Both the position numbers and the translations under genes were made by a program. A DNA stretch of 58,831 nucleotides, the filler included, from Sphacelaria rigidula (Eukaryota), in assembly GCA_964200075.2 (NCBI GenBank). It is 4 parts of 4 records of this genome, joined end to end, with 100 filler letters (N's around TTAATTAATTAA, not from the genome) between each part and the next. Parts side by side here need not be neighbours in the genome. Positions count along the whole stretch, not along the records: positions 44,203 to 58,831 come from CAXNAA020002135.1; 3 more parts are not named here. One strand, given 5' to 3'. Below the pieces are notes generated by a model that did not search any database, was not told the DNA's origin, and saw nothing but the letters and a program-made list of their open reading frames with translations. This document shows, piece after piece, positions 58,631 to 58,831 of this stretch. Position 1 is the first letter of the stretch. Every line of letters starts with the position of its first letter.

Positions 58631-58831
58631 ACACACTGGGTAATATGTGGTCAGTAGATACAGTAGACACAATGAACTAGGTAAATTACAGGACTATTGC
58701 AACTATTGCAATAGGACCGACAAGAGTTGCAATATGCCCATAATTTACCGAGTATATTTTGTGTCTAGAGCCGGTCGCCCCGGTGGCTCAGTTGGTAACC
58801 TCGTAACCTTCTGATGGTTGAGTTGGGGGGT
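58631..58831 (+). mobile_element. Palindromic MITE-like copy 3 (58631-58770) interrupted by a SINE head (58773-end)
   Basis: Inverted pairs tagacacaa/ttgtgtcta and ggtaaatta/taatttacc, then ggtcgccccggtggctcagttggtaacctcg. Confidence 0.7.

Overview
Eukaryotic, intron-rich, transposon-dense genomic DNA. It is most likely from a brown alga or related stramenopile, inferred from short exons, kb-scale introns, TTAGGG-type motifs and the repeat families. Four contigs are joined by three artificial 100-nt N spacers that contain a TTAATTAATTAA all-frame-stop linker. Most ORF-track entries are spurious; the real genes appear only after splicing by hand. (1) Nine phase-consistent minus-strand exons (13580->2218, ~444 aa, no stops) encode the middle part of an exportin-5/HASTY-like karyopherin and include one GC-AG intron. 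(2) A frameshifted EB1/MAPRE C-terminal (EBH) gene fragment lies on + (44460-51457). (3) Two intact N-lobe exons of a TKL-like protein kinase lie on + (55955-57172). (4) A decayed 5-exon PHD-finger gene on - (~31200->28200) sits head-to-head with a decayed spliced Sola1/DUF7869-like DDE transposase on + (~31330-34324). Mobile DNA includes two degenerate Ty3/Gypsy copies of one family in opposite orientation, both with chromodomain-like plus Tudor-like integrase tails. There is also a LINE 3' remnant, tRNA-derived SINE heads, several palindromic MITE-like elements, a telomere-motif dispersed repeat and a 19-copy 44-bp hairpin minisatellite, which is not a CRISPR. The best candidate for something undescribed is the two-gene transposase + PHD unit and, more broadly, chromatin-reader modules on two unrelated TE classes. 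All family assignments are by-eye motif recognition, not database searches.
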